Assembly (NCBI GenBank): GCA_036337435.1
Contig: JAYZEG010000028.1
Span: forward strand, 1 to 64,000
Direction of reading: 5' to 3'
Source: Myxococcota bacterium
Lineage (GTDB): Bacteria; Myxococcota_A; Bradymonadia; UBA7976; UBA1532
DNA length: 64,000 bases
The notes under the pieces are model-generated. The model was not told the DNA's origin. It ran no database searches and was given only the letters and a program-made list of their open reading frames with translations. The translations under genes were made by a program, and so were the position numbers. Shown piece after piece: positions 41,330-49,847 of the stretch (position 1 is its first letter; the number at the start of each line of letters is the position of its first letter).

Positions 41330-41369
41330 ATTCACTCCATGAATCGTCAGCTAAGTAGCTATCCGTAGC
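41330..41369 (-). promoter_or_regulatory. Paired CsrA-binding hairpins in the flagellin 1 leader
   Basis: GCUA-CGGA-UAGC and AUUCA-UGGAG-UGAAU, the latter containing the SD. Confidence 0.75.
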
Positions 41370-41661
41370 CACTCACGTCCACAGCCAGAAATTGACTGAG
41401 TTCGAACTTGTACGCAGACCCATCTTTGCGCATCACCAAGTTGCTGGATTGGTCGATTGGATCACCATCTTGGTTGATCCTAAATCATTAAAATGTTTCG
41501 CCGACTACCCATCGGCCCCAAAAGTCATTTTGTCGTTCATCTCGTCGCATATAAACCTACCCCTAGGCCATATTACTCGGGATGAAGCACCTCCTTTCAT
41601 CAGTCCGTCCTAAACGAACAGTCTTAAAGTCCGTGCCGGTAATTCCGGCGCGTCACCTACG

Positions 41662-41688
41662 ACATCGGACGGAAAACTACATACTTGA
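41662..41688 (-). promoter_or_regulatory. Sigma28 promoter of flagellin 1
   Basis: TCAA-N15-TCCGATGT, with an A/T-tract region upstream. Confidence 0.85.
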
Positions 41689-41969
41689 GAGAAAAATAAA
41701 GGAATAGTGTATTTTTTATTGTGCTGGGGCTGTTTTTTTAAACTCTTTTTGTTGATTTTTTGAGTTTATATTCAACAAATACAGCTATTTAGAAAAAAAT
41801 CTTTTAGTAAGACTGTTTTTTTAAATATCTGTAAAAAAATGAGTGGGCGCGCAATCCGATTGCGCAATACACCTCAATTGCCAGCAGGGAATTGGTTGCG
41901 ATCTCGAGATTGCTCAGTTGAGTCTGTGACGCCGACTGACCAGGATCTGAATCTTGCAGACGTTGAGAA

Positions 41970-42005
41970 TAATCCTCCGCTATCCAGCTGGACAGCGGAG
42001 GATTA
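41970..42005 (-). terminator. Stem-loop after flaG
   Basis: TAATCCTCCGCT/AGCGGAGGATTA inverted repeat; weak U-tail. Confidence 0.6.
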
Positions 42006-42010
42006 AGGAC

Positions 42011-42475
42011 TTAACCGTCTAAGTTGAGTAGGGTACCTTTTGGCAAATCGCCGTCCTCGCTATAACCCTTCAGGCGGTCTACCATTTCCAAGAATTCCAT
42101 GGGAGGTATTTGACGGGTCACCTCTTTTCCATTTCTTTCCTCAGTGATGGTCATGGTCACTCGCCCAGAACCGGAATCAAATCCAAAATGAACGGATCGA
42201 TTCTTAGCTCTAAGGACTGACTCAGCAATGGCGTTTGCCTGTTCTACCTCTCGCGTCACGAGAGCTGGATCGACTGACGACATTGCAACCGCCTCAAGTC
42301 CACTCTCCGGACCTGGGGTTCCAAGGGTTTGAGCAACTTGCTCTCCTTTTGGTGCTTCTACTTTACTTACGGCAGCGGTTGTCTCTTGCGATTGACCGCG
42401 GCGTCCGGGTGACTCTCCGACCGATGACGGACGGATCGGTTGACCCGCATACGCCTGATAAACATTAATGGCCAT
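42011..42475 (-). CDS. flaG: Flagellar protein FlaG
   Basis: SVHFGFD..SGRV.M.I....GKEVTRQIPP.EFL...G.LLN; directly after a flagellin. Confidence 0.88.
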   Translation of the reverse strand: MAINVYQAYAGQPIRPSSVGESPGRRGQSQETTAAVSKVEAPKGEQVAQTLGTPGPESGLEAVAMSSVDPALVTREVEQANAIAESVLRAKNRSVHFGFDSGSGRVTMTITEERNGKEVTRQIPPMEFLEMVDRLKGYSEDGDLPKGTLLNLDG

Positions 42476-42542
42476 ATTATCACCTCTCTCGATCTGTGGA
42501 TGCCATCACCTAATTGGTGTACTGGTCTCCTCGATCGTCTTC

Positions 42543-43985
42543 CTAAGCAAGCAACGCCAGAGCGATCTGAGGTTGCTGATTGGCCTGTGCCAAAACCGAA
42601 ATACCAGCCTGCTGAATGATCTGATTCCGTGAGAAATCAGCCGTTTCAACGGCGAAGTCAGCGTCTCGAATTCGACTTCGAGCAGCCGTTACATTTTCGG
42701 CAGCAACAGAGAGGTTGTTGACCGTTGATTCAAGACGATTTTGAGTGGCACCCAACTCGGCTCGAATACCCGACACTTGCTTGATCGCAACATCGGCGAT
42801 ATCGATTGCTCGGTTTGCGCCTTCTCTTGTCGTCACGTCTATCGTGCCAACAGCGTTGTTTGCATTCACCCCGAAGAGTTGTTGGGCTGCAGCAAAACCA
42901 AGTTTTGTTGCCCCACCGACATTTCCTGTCAGGCTGAATTGCTCCTCCGATTGGAGAGTGATACGACCACCGGTCACAAACGTACCAGCTCCACCACCCA
43001 GACCACCGATTGCAGCCCCCGCCATGGTGACTTCGATGTTTCGACCATCTTCAGCGGTCAACTCCAATCGATTGTCCTGGTTTAAGCTCGCGACAACACC
43101 AGTATCATCCGTCGCCGCATTAATGGCATTGACGAGCGTATCTGTTGCATCGTTGGCTTCGACCCGGAAACCGGTAATCATTGCGCCGTTGATAGTAAGG
43201 TTGGTGGTTGAATCTAGCGTGACGGCACCGATATCAGCAGTACCCACGACGATCGTGTCGTCTACGATTGCCCGAACGCCCGAGAACTCGGTCGCATCAT
43301 TGATCGCAGCCGCCTTTGCAAGTGCAGATGCAGCATTGAGTGTTGTTGATAAGGCATCGTCAGCTGCATTTGTCGCTCGAATAGTGACACCGTTGAAAAC
43401 AATGTCATTTTGTTGGAGCGCATCCGCTGCTGCAGCCACCGTGATGTCTGTTGTACTCGACTCGCGAACTTGGCGTCCAAGGCTCGAAGCACGTGCATCT
43501 TTGATCGACACTGTGATGGTATCATCCGCGTTAGCGCCAATATGAAACTTGGCGCCGATGAATGAACCGTCTAGAACTGTCTGGTTGTTGAATGTTGTTT
43601 TTTCAGCAATCCGATCCAGTTCTGTCACAAGCGCATCAACTTCTTGTTGCAGTGACGTTCGATCAGTTTCGGTGTTTGTATCATTCGCTGACTGAACAGA
43701 CAGCTCACGGATACGCTGTAGAAGCGACGTACTCTCAGCCAAGCCACCTTCAGCGGTTTGTGCCAACGAGATACCGTCGTTTGTATTACGGATAGCCTGA
43801 TTAATGCCTCTGACCTGAGCGGTCATGCGGTCTGAGATACCCAAACCAGCAGCATCATCTTTAGCAGAGTTGATCCGAAGACCAGAAGAAAGACGCTCAA
43901 AAGAACGCCCGAGTGAACGATTAGCACCGTTCACGTTTCGCTTCGCGTTAAGCGACGCGATATTTGTATTAACGTATAGACCCAT
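42543..43985 (-). CDS. fliC: Flagellin 2 (480 aa; start MGLYVNTN at 43985)
   Basis: Conserved flagellin termini; AAGGAG SD. Confidence 0.98.
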   Translation of the reverse strand: MGLYVNTNIASLNAKRNVNGANRSLGRSFERLSSGLRINSAKDDAAGLGISDRMTAQVRGINQAIRNTNDGISLAQTAEGGLAESTSLLQRIRELSVQSANDTNTETDRTSLQQEVDALVTELDRIAEKTTFNNQTVLDGSFIGAKFHIGANADDTITVSIKDARASSLGRQVRESSTTDITVAAAADALQQNDIVFNGVTIRATNAADDALSTTLNAASALAKAAAINDATEFSGVRAIVDDTIVVGTADIGAVTLDSTTNLTINGAMITGFRVEANDATDTLVNAINAATDDTGVVASLNQDNRLELTAEDGRNIEVTMAGAAIGGLGGGAGTFVTGGRITLQSEEQFSLTGNVGGATKLGFAAAQQLFGVNANNAVGTIDVTTREGANRAIDIADVAIKQVSGIRAELGATQNRLESTVNNLSVAAENVTAARSRIRDADFAVETADFSRNQIIQQAGISVLAQANQQPQIALALLA

Positions 43986-44034
43986 TTTGTTCGCTCCTTG
44001 AAACAAATGCGGAATAGCTTTCCTTAGCCATTCC
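43986..44034 (-). promoter_or_regulatory. Paired CsrA-binding hairpins in the flagellin 2 leader
   Basis: GGAAUGGCU-AAGGAA-AGCUAUUCC and UUUGUUU-CAAGGAGC-GAACAAA (SD). Confidence 0.75.
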
Positions 44035-44304
44035 CGAAAACACCACCCATGGTGTTTTCAACCCCCAAAGGCAGACCCTCTGCCAGTTCGGGGAGCGTTA
44101 TTAACGAATCCTTACCCCTAAGGAATCGCTTGGGTGCCGACTTTCGTCGGCCTATGTAGTTTTTCTACCGTACCGTTGTTTAGACACTAACTGCCGACAC
44201 TACCCCTGCGTCCGTCCAGCGAAACAACCTAACCTCCAATCAAGCCCATGTTAGGGCCAATGGTTTGAAGTATGTTTGGAAACAGTTGCTTGCCTCCACC
44301 CACG

Positions 44305-44331
44305 ACATCGGACATCCCCGACAAAACTTGA
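44305..44331 (-). promoter_or_regulatory. Sigma28 promoter of flagellin 2
   Basis: TCAA-N15-TCCGATGT. Confidence 0.85.
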
Positions 44332-44499
44332 AAAAAAAATGATATTTTTTCGAAGTTTTTTTGTTTTTTGTTTAATTACAGGCGTTTGCGGTTTTCATAT
44401 GGGCGGTTTATCTGGCTTCATGCGTCTGCGATACGCGCAGAATTTAAAAAATTAATGATAGGTTGTCGGGAGGGGGGGCTGAAGAGCCAAAAGAGGTCG

Positions 44500-44549
44500 A
44501 AGGACCCGAGATAATATGCGCAATTATCTCGGATCCCCCTATTTTTTTT
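44500..44549. terminator. Strong hairpin or terminator after flagellin 3
   Basis: AAGGACCCGAGATAAT/ATTATCTCGGATCCCC stem; T-tract on the plus side. Confidence 0.65.
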
Positions 44550-44664
44550 GCAGTCTTGGTCACCCACTCTAGCGCGTGAGACCGACTACCTTAGTTGAGG
44601 TGCCTCGTCACTCAGCGACCCGCCGCGATTCGGATCGATGCTGAAAGACGAGATACCTTATTTA

Positions 44665-46104
44665 TTAACCGAGCAACTGAAGAACGTTGTTCGGTGCTTG
44701 GTTCGCTTGGGCAAGAATTGAGATACCTGCATTTTGCAAGATCTGATTTCGAGCCATCGATGCTGTCTCGGTTGCAAAGTCCGCATCTTGAATACGGCTT
44801 CTTGCTGCAGAGACGTTTTCTTGTGTCGCACTGAGATTGTTGACCGTAGATTGAAGACGGTTCTGAACCGCACCAAGGTCACTCCGAATGTCCGACACCT
44901 GAGCGATAGCAACGTCGAGAATTTGGAGGGCGACATTCGCACCCTCCCGACTTGTCACATCAATGGTGTCGACAGCGAAGTCACTGTTGGTTCCGAGTAG
45001 TGTATCACCACCAGCCGGGTCGGCACCTAGGCCCAACTTTTCGACACCAGCGTCAGTCTGAGTCATGAAGATAGCCTCTTCTGACTGTAAGGTGACCGTA
45101 CCAGCCTGAACCTGGTTGCCTGCAGCAAAACCGAGGTTTGTCGCGAGACCATTCACTGTCAGCTCAATGTTACGACCATCTTCAGCTTCAAGTGTCAGCT
45201 GAAGGTTTTCATCCAGTCGAGCGATCACACCCGTTTCGTTAGAGAAAGAGTTAATCGTATCGATCAGTGCATTGTTTGCATCATCATCTTCAACGCGGAA
45301 ACCGGAGATGACCGCACCGTTGATGATCATATAGTTTGTGCTGTCCAAAGTAACGGCACTGAGCGGATTGAGGTCCGCGACAAATTCCGTTTTGCCAACG
45401 GTGGCAGTCACACCAGTGTAAATGGACATATCGTTTATTGCGGCAGCCTTTGCGATTGCAGACCCTGCAGCAAGCGATGTACTCACAGTATCATCACTGG
45501 CGACGGTGCCACGAATGGTTGTCGAGTTTAAGACCAGGTCACCATTGTCGAATGCCTCGGCATTCATGGTACCACCATCGTAGCGCGCTTGACGTCCAAG
45601 GATGTTCGCTCGAGCGTCCATAGTTTTAATGGAAATCGTATCATTCGATTTGTAGCCGATATGAAACTTCGATCCTGCGAATTCTCCATTGAGCACTTTC
45701 TGGTCATTAAAACGCGTCGTTTGGGCGATGCGGTTTATCTCTTCGATGAGATTCGTTACTTCCAGTTGAATGGCTTCACGGTCCGACAGCGTGTTGGTGT
45801 CACTCGCTGCTTGGATGGACAGTTCACGCATACGCTGCAAGATTGCGCCGGTTTCATCTAGCGCGCCTTCAACGGTCTGCGCCAAAGAAATACCATCATT
45901 GGTGTTCCGAACCGCTTGATTCAAACCTCTGATTTGGGATGTGAATCGTGTTGCGATAGCCATACCGGCGGCGTCACCTCGAGCTGAATTAATTCGCATA
46001 CCCGATGACAGCCGTTCGAACTGTCTTTCGAGTCCACGAGTTGAGCCATTCAAGTGGCGTCTAGCATTTAATGAAGCAGTATTAGTGTTTACAAAAAGTC
46101 CCAT
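44665..46104 (-). CDS. fliC: Flagellin 3 (479 aa)
   Basis: Conserved flagellin termini; AAGGAG SD. Confidence 0.98.
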   Translation of the reverse strand: MGLFVNTNTASLNARRHLNGSTRGLERQFERLSSGMRINSARGDAAGMAIATRFTSQIRGLNQAVRNTNDGISLAQTVEGALDETGAILQRMRELSIQAASDTNTLSDREAIQLEVTNLIEEINRIAQTTRFNDQKVLNGEFAGSKFHIGYKSNDTISIKTMDARANILGRQARYDGGTMNAEAFDNGDLVLNSTTIRGTVASDDTVSTSLAAGSAIAKAAAINDMSIYTGVTATVGKTEFVADLNPLSAVTLDSTNYMIINGAVISGFRVEDDDANNALIDTINSFSNETGVIARLDENLQLTLEAEDGRNIELTVNGLATNLGFAAGNQVQAGTVTLQSEEAIFMTQTDAGVEKLGLGADPAGGDTLLGTNSDFAVDTIDVTSREGANVALQILDVAIAQVSDIRSDLGAVQNRLQSTVNNLSATQENVSAARSRIQDADFATETASMARNQILQNAGISILAQANQAPNNVLQLLG

Positions 46105-46265
46105 AATTATTCACTCCTTGAAATTAATAGCGGTCAACCCTGACCACCATTTCTTCAATGATTCGTTTAGATAAGGTTCAGCGGCGAAGTAACCGCCAAC
46201 AATTAAAGTCCCATTCACACCACCGTGAACGGTGGGCATCGATATGTTTTCGATGCATGTTCGAT

Positions 46266-47258
46266 TCATGAATCTACCTCCACCGTTGGTGGCCCATCAC
46301 GGGCAGTTCTAATTGCAGGACCGCGTGTCACCATCGTCTTGGCAACACCCTTGGATCCTGGATTAAGGCGTCTCACAACCTTTTGGGTTGCTCTGCGAGG
46401 CACCTTAGGCCTTATCATCTGCATCCGCGGTCTGGCGTCGCCTGACTCACTGGATGTACGTCTGTTTAAATTGACCGCGACACGCTGTGTTTCATCATCC
46501 CTCTGGATGTAGAGAATGGCTGATTCAGTCCAACATCTTAGCTGTCCATATCGGTCACTCTCTTTTTCCACTGACACCTTCGGTGGTCTCAGAATGCGCG
46601 GTCTCAAAATTCTCGTTTCTCGGTTCTCATTTTCGGGTTTGCTCACTGAGTCACTGTCGCAAACAAACTCCGTTGCGCAGCAACCGTACTTCCAACGTAA
46701 CGACTTATCATCGGTCGTCAGGCTAGCAATCGGCTCTGGCGGAGACCCCCTCGTCAGTCTGATACTTTTCATGCGGTGAGCATTTGCTTGCTCCGCATAA
46801 CCAGCAGACGAAATCGTTTGATTACACTTTGGTGGACCGGCTCCCGAACCACCCGTCGAGCAGTAATCGTTTTCTTCCCTTGCTGTATCCATGTCTTCCC
46901 GACGCTGGCGCCGCCAATGTCGACCTTCATGGTCATTAAATATCCGATGCAATCGGTCTGTATGACGTGAGCGCATCGAACCACGTTGTTTTTGGCCGAG
47001 TCGCAAGGTCCGTCTGGGCCTCGACTCGGAACGAACCAGGCGTCTCGCCCGCTCCGCTGAATCGGCCTCGGCTTGCGCGACGACCCCAAAGAATTCACCT
47101 AACTCCGTATCGCCATAGGCTTGGACAAGGTTTGCATCTAAGGTCACTGCAATCTCATGCAGCTTTCGCCACCCTGTTGGGACTCCGGGCTTTTCCCGCC
47201 TTCGGGGTGCCTTCGCAGGCCGAAGCATTTTTTGCGGTTGTCTAGCTAAGTTATTCAT
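46266..47258 (-). CDS. ORFan, Arg-rich, likely disordered (330 aa)
   Basis: Open for 330 codons; starts 8 nt after the flagellin 4 stop; no recognisable domain. Confidence 0.55.
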   Translation of the reverse strand: MNNLARQPQKMLRPAKAPRRREKPGVPTGWRKLHEIAVTLDANLVQAYGDTELGEFFGVVAQAEADSAERARRLVRSESRPRRTLRLGQKQRGSMRSRHTDRLHRIFNDHEGRHWRRQRREDMDTAREENDYCSTGGSGAGPPKCNQTISSAGYAEQANAHRMKSIRLTRGSPPEPIASLTTDDKSLRWKYGCCATEFVCDSDSVSKPENENRETRILRPRILRPPKVSVEKESDRYGQLRCWTESAILYIQRDDETQRVAVNLNRRTSSESGDARPRMQMIRPKVPRRATQKVVRRLNPGSKGVAKTMVTRGPAIRTARDGPPTVEVDS

Positions 47259-47266
47259 CAGACCCC

Positions 47267-48688
47267 CTAACCCAACAACTGCGTTGCAAGCTGCGGGCTT
47301 TGGTTTGCCTGCGCTAGAATGGAAACACCCGCCTGCTGCAAAACTTGCCCTCGTGCCAGCATGGCGGATTCGACTGCGAAATCAGCATCGACAATACGGC
47401 TGCGCGCCTGTGATGCATTTTCAGAAATATTGGCTAAGTTATTCGCCGTTGATTCCAATCGATTGAGTAATGCACCGTAGTCAGACCTGTCTTTGGATAG
47501 CTGTTCGAGTGCCCTGTCCACGATTGTAATGGCATTATTGGCACCGGCACGGTCTAGAACATTGACTGTGGAGACCGATGCCAGCGAGTCAACACCGACG
47601 ATTTGCTCTCCGGTCAAACCAAGATAGTCAACCTGGCCACCGCTCACTCGGAACTGTTCGCCAGACGAAAACTCCAGCGATCCCGTCGAAACCCCGGATG
47701 TCAAGCCAGTGACCGCTGTAGCAGCAGCGTCCGAGACATTGACTTCGATGTTTCGCCCGTCCCCAGCTGTTAGAATGAGCCGGGAGTTTTCGTCGTAACT
47801 CGCGAGCACGCCTGTTCTATCTGCGACCGCATTGATCTGATTTTTGAGTTCATGATCTGCGTCATCGACTGCGACATCGAAGGTCGTTAATGTCACGCCG
47901 TTGATTTCGATAAAAGAGGTATTCGTGAGCGACCCCCCCGCGATGTCAAGGTCGGTTCTTGCCTCTGTAGCTAACACACGAGCCGATACCCCTGTGTAGT
48001 TCGTGGCATCATTTATAGCCGCTGCTTTTGCAATTGCGGAGCCCGCTGCAAATGAGGTCGACAATTGGTCATCTGCCGCGGAGGTCGTTCGAATTGTAAT
48101 TGAATTGATTAAGATGTCGCCGCCGTTTTTACTCAATGCATGCGTTGAGACGACGGCAGTCTGCTTGATCGCTGACCGACCGAGTGCCTTGGCATGAGCA
48201 TCTCGTACATTAACTTCGACTACATCATCGGCTTTTGCGCCGACATGGAAATAACCTTGCATGAAGTCGCCACTCAGCACCTTCTTGTCATTGAAGAGGG
48301 TCGTGTCGGCGATTCGGTCAAGTTCCCTTATGAGACTTTGGATCTCAAAGTTGATCGATTGTCGATCTTGTGTCGTGTTGATATCATTGGCCGCTTGCAC
48401 AGACAGCTCACGCATGCGCTGCAATAAGGCCATTGATTCTTGTAAAGCACCTTCTACGGTCTGCACGAGCGATATGCCATCATTCGTGTTACGGACAGCC
48501 GTATTTAGACCACGGATTTGTGCTGTAAATCGTGTAGATATTGACAACCCGGCCGCATCATCTTTAGCACTATTGATACGCTTGCCGCTTGCAAGCCGTT
48601 GGAACGAACGATCCAACGCTTTCGTGCTATAGTTGAGCGACCTTTGAGTGTTCAAAGATCTCACGTTCGTATTAACGAACATACCCAT
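47267..48688 (-). CDS. fliC: Flagellin 4 (473 aa)
   Basis: RLASGKRINSAKDDAAG; SRIVDADFAVE. Confidence 0.98.
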   Translation of the reverse strand: MGMFVNTNVRSLNTQRSLNYSTKALDRSFQRLASGKRINSAKDDAAGLSISTRFTAQIRGLNTAVRNTNDGISLVQTVEGALQESMALLQRMRELSVQAANDINTTQDRQSINFEIQSLIRELDRIADTTLFNDKKVLSGDFMQGYFHVGAKADDVVEVNVRDAHAKALGRSAIKQTAVVSTHALSKNGGDILINSITIRTTSAADDQLSTSFAAGSAIAKAAAINDATNYTGVSARVLATEARTDLDIAGGSLTNTSFIEINGVTLTTFDVAVDDADHELKNQINAVADRTGVLASYDENSRLILTAGDGRNIEVNVSDAAATAVTGLTSGVSTGSLEFSSGEQFRVSGGQVDYLGLTGEQIVGVDSLASVSTVNVLDRAGANNAITIVDRALEQLSKDRSDYGALLNRLESTANNLANISENASQARSRIVDADFAVESAMLARGQVLQQAGVSILAQANQSPQLATQLLG

Positions 48689-48730
48689 TTTCTAACTCCA
48701 TGAAAAACCAAGAACGTTACCGCTCAAGGC

Positions 48731-48746
48731 TGGGCATCCTTGCCCA
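48731..48746 (-). promoter_or_regulatory. CsrA-binding hairpin in the flagellin 4 leader
   Basis: UGGGCA-AGGA-UGCCCA, plus AUGGAG at the SD. Confidence 0.75.
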
Positions 48747-49412
48747 AAAAACGCTTGATAAGTTTTGGATGCACTCCGAGTGTTGTGACCGATCGATCCG
48801 CAAGCGCGCGTTCATAGGAATCTACGAATTCACACGGATGACCTGTCACCGGACTACAGACCTAACTCACCAAATTTACTCAACAGCTGTTACCAACTGT
48901 TCCGAGGGTGTCGACCGAAGTCGACATGAGCTAAGTTCCCACAACTTGCCCATCGTGCGTCCGGCGCACGACCCTCTAAAATCAACAAGACCCACTGTTT
49001 GTTGGCATCAGAGAAATACCAACCATGTCCAACACAGTTCCTTGAGACTCATAAAAACCCTGCTCAAAGACCGTAACTACACTCAGTAGTCGGACATGTT
49101 TTGTTAACTCCGTGACTCAACAAACAGACCTAGTCGCTTAATAGGCAGTTGTCAGCTTGCCTATAGCGTTACAATCGTATCACTTACCCTTCCAGCCTAA
49201 ACACGTAGGCATTTTCAAAACTCTCTTCGTCAATTTCGCTGACCAGCATGTATTTGCAATACACAGTGGTGAGCGCGTACCGGTTTCTCACAACATCGGT
49301 GACCTATGCTGTCGCACGGACAGGTCTTAACCTCGTTGCTCGACAGTTTTGACCCCCCGGCCAAACTGACTTCGAGCAAGGGTAAAAAATCCCCGCTGAC
49401 ATCTGTTTAAGG

Positions 49413-49847
49413 TCATCCCGATGGTTCAAAACCGACCTCCACTTCCGCCCATCCCCCCTGGGACGGGCTGCTGACGATGGTGTCAATCCATCGACAATCA
49501 ATCCTTGTCATTCCCGGCAGGTGCGGTCTTTGCCTGACCCGCTGTGTCCTGCCATCGGTACCCGGTGTGAGTCGTTCCCAACCCACAGAGTAAAAATCAT
49601 TTTGTCGCACTAACCCGGACTCGCTAGGCGGTCTATGCACGCCCGTCAGAGTCAATGGTTTATTCTTTCGATAGCGTTCGAAAAACCGCGTCACTTGAAC
49701 TATTCCGTTTGCTACTTCCAGAGCTTTGACACCGGAGGAAAACGCTTCCCAAGGGTGGCCATCGGCTCGTCGTCCTGGCCGCTTCACGACCCTTCCTTTG
49801 CTTACGACTGTCTTCACGGCGCAGAACTCCTGTTGACAGAGTTCCAT
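49413..49847 (-). CDS. Possible ORFan (144 aa)
   Basis: Overlaps the end of the 640-aa ORF; no recognisable domain. Confidence 0.3.
   Translation of the reverse strand: MELCQQEFCAVKTVVSKGRVVKRPGRRADGHPWEAFSSGVKALEVANGIVQVTRFFERYRKNKPLTLTGVHRPPSESGLVRQNDFYSVGWERLTPGTDGRTQRVRQRPHLPGMTRIDCRWIDTIVSSPSQGGWAEVEVGFEPSG

Noticed and set aside
42745..43545. Long antisense ORFs (also 1126-1692, 3133-3888, 5458-6102, 58045-58656, 60512-61309)
   Set aside because: Shadows of well-supported genes on the opposite strand
41326..44300. c-di-GMP/cGAMP (GEMM) riboswitch in the flagellin leaders
   Set aside because: One GAAA tetraloop (44136-44151), but the GEMM core (GGCAAACC...GACGCAAAGC) is absent
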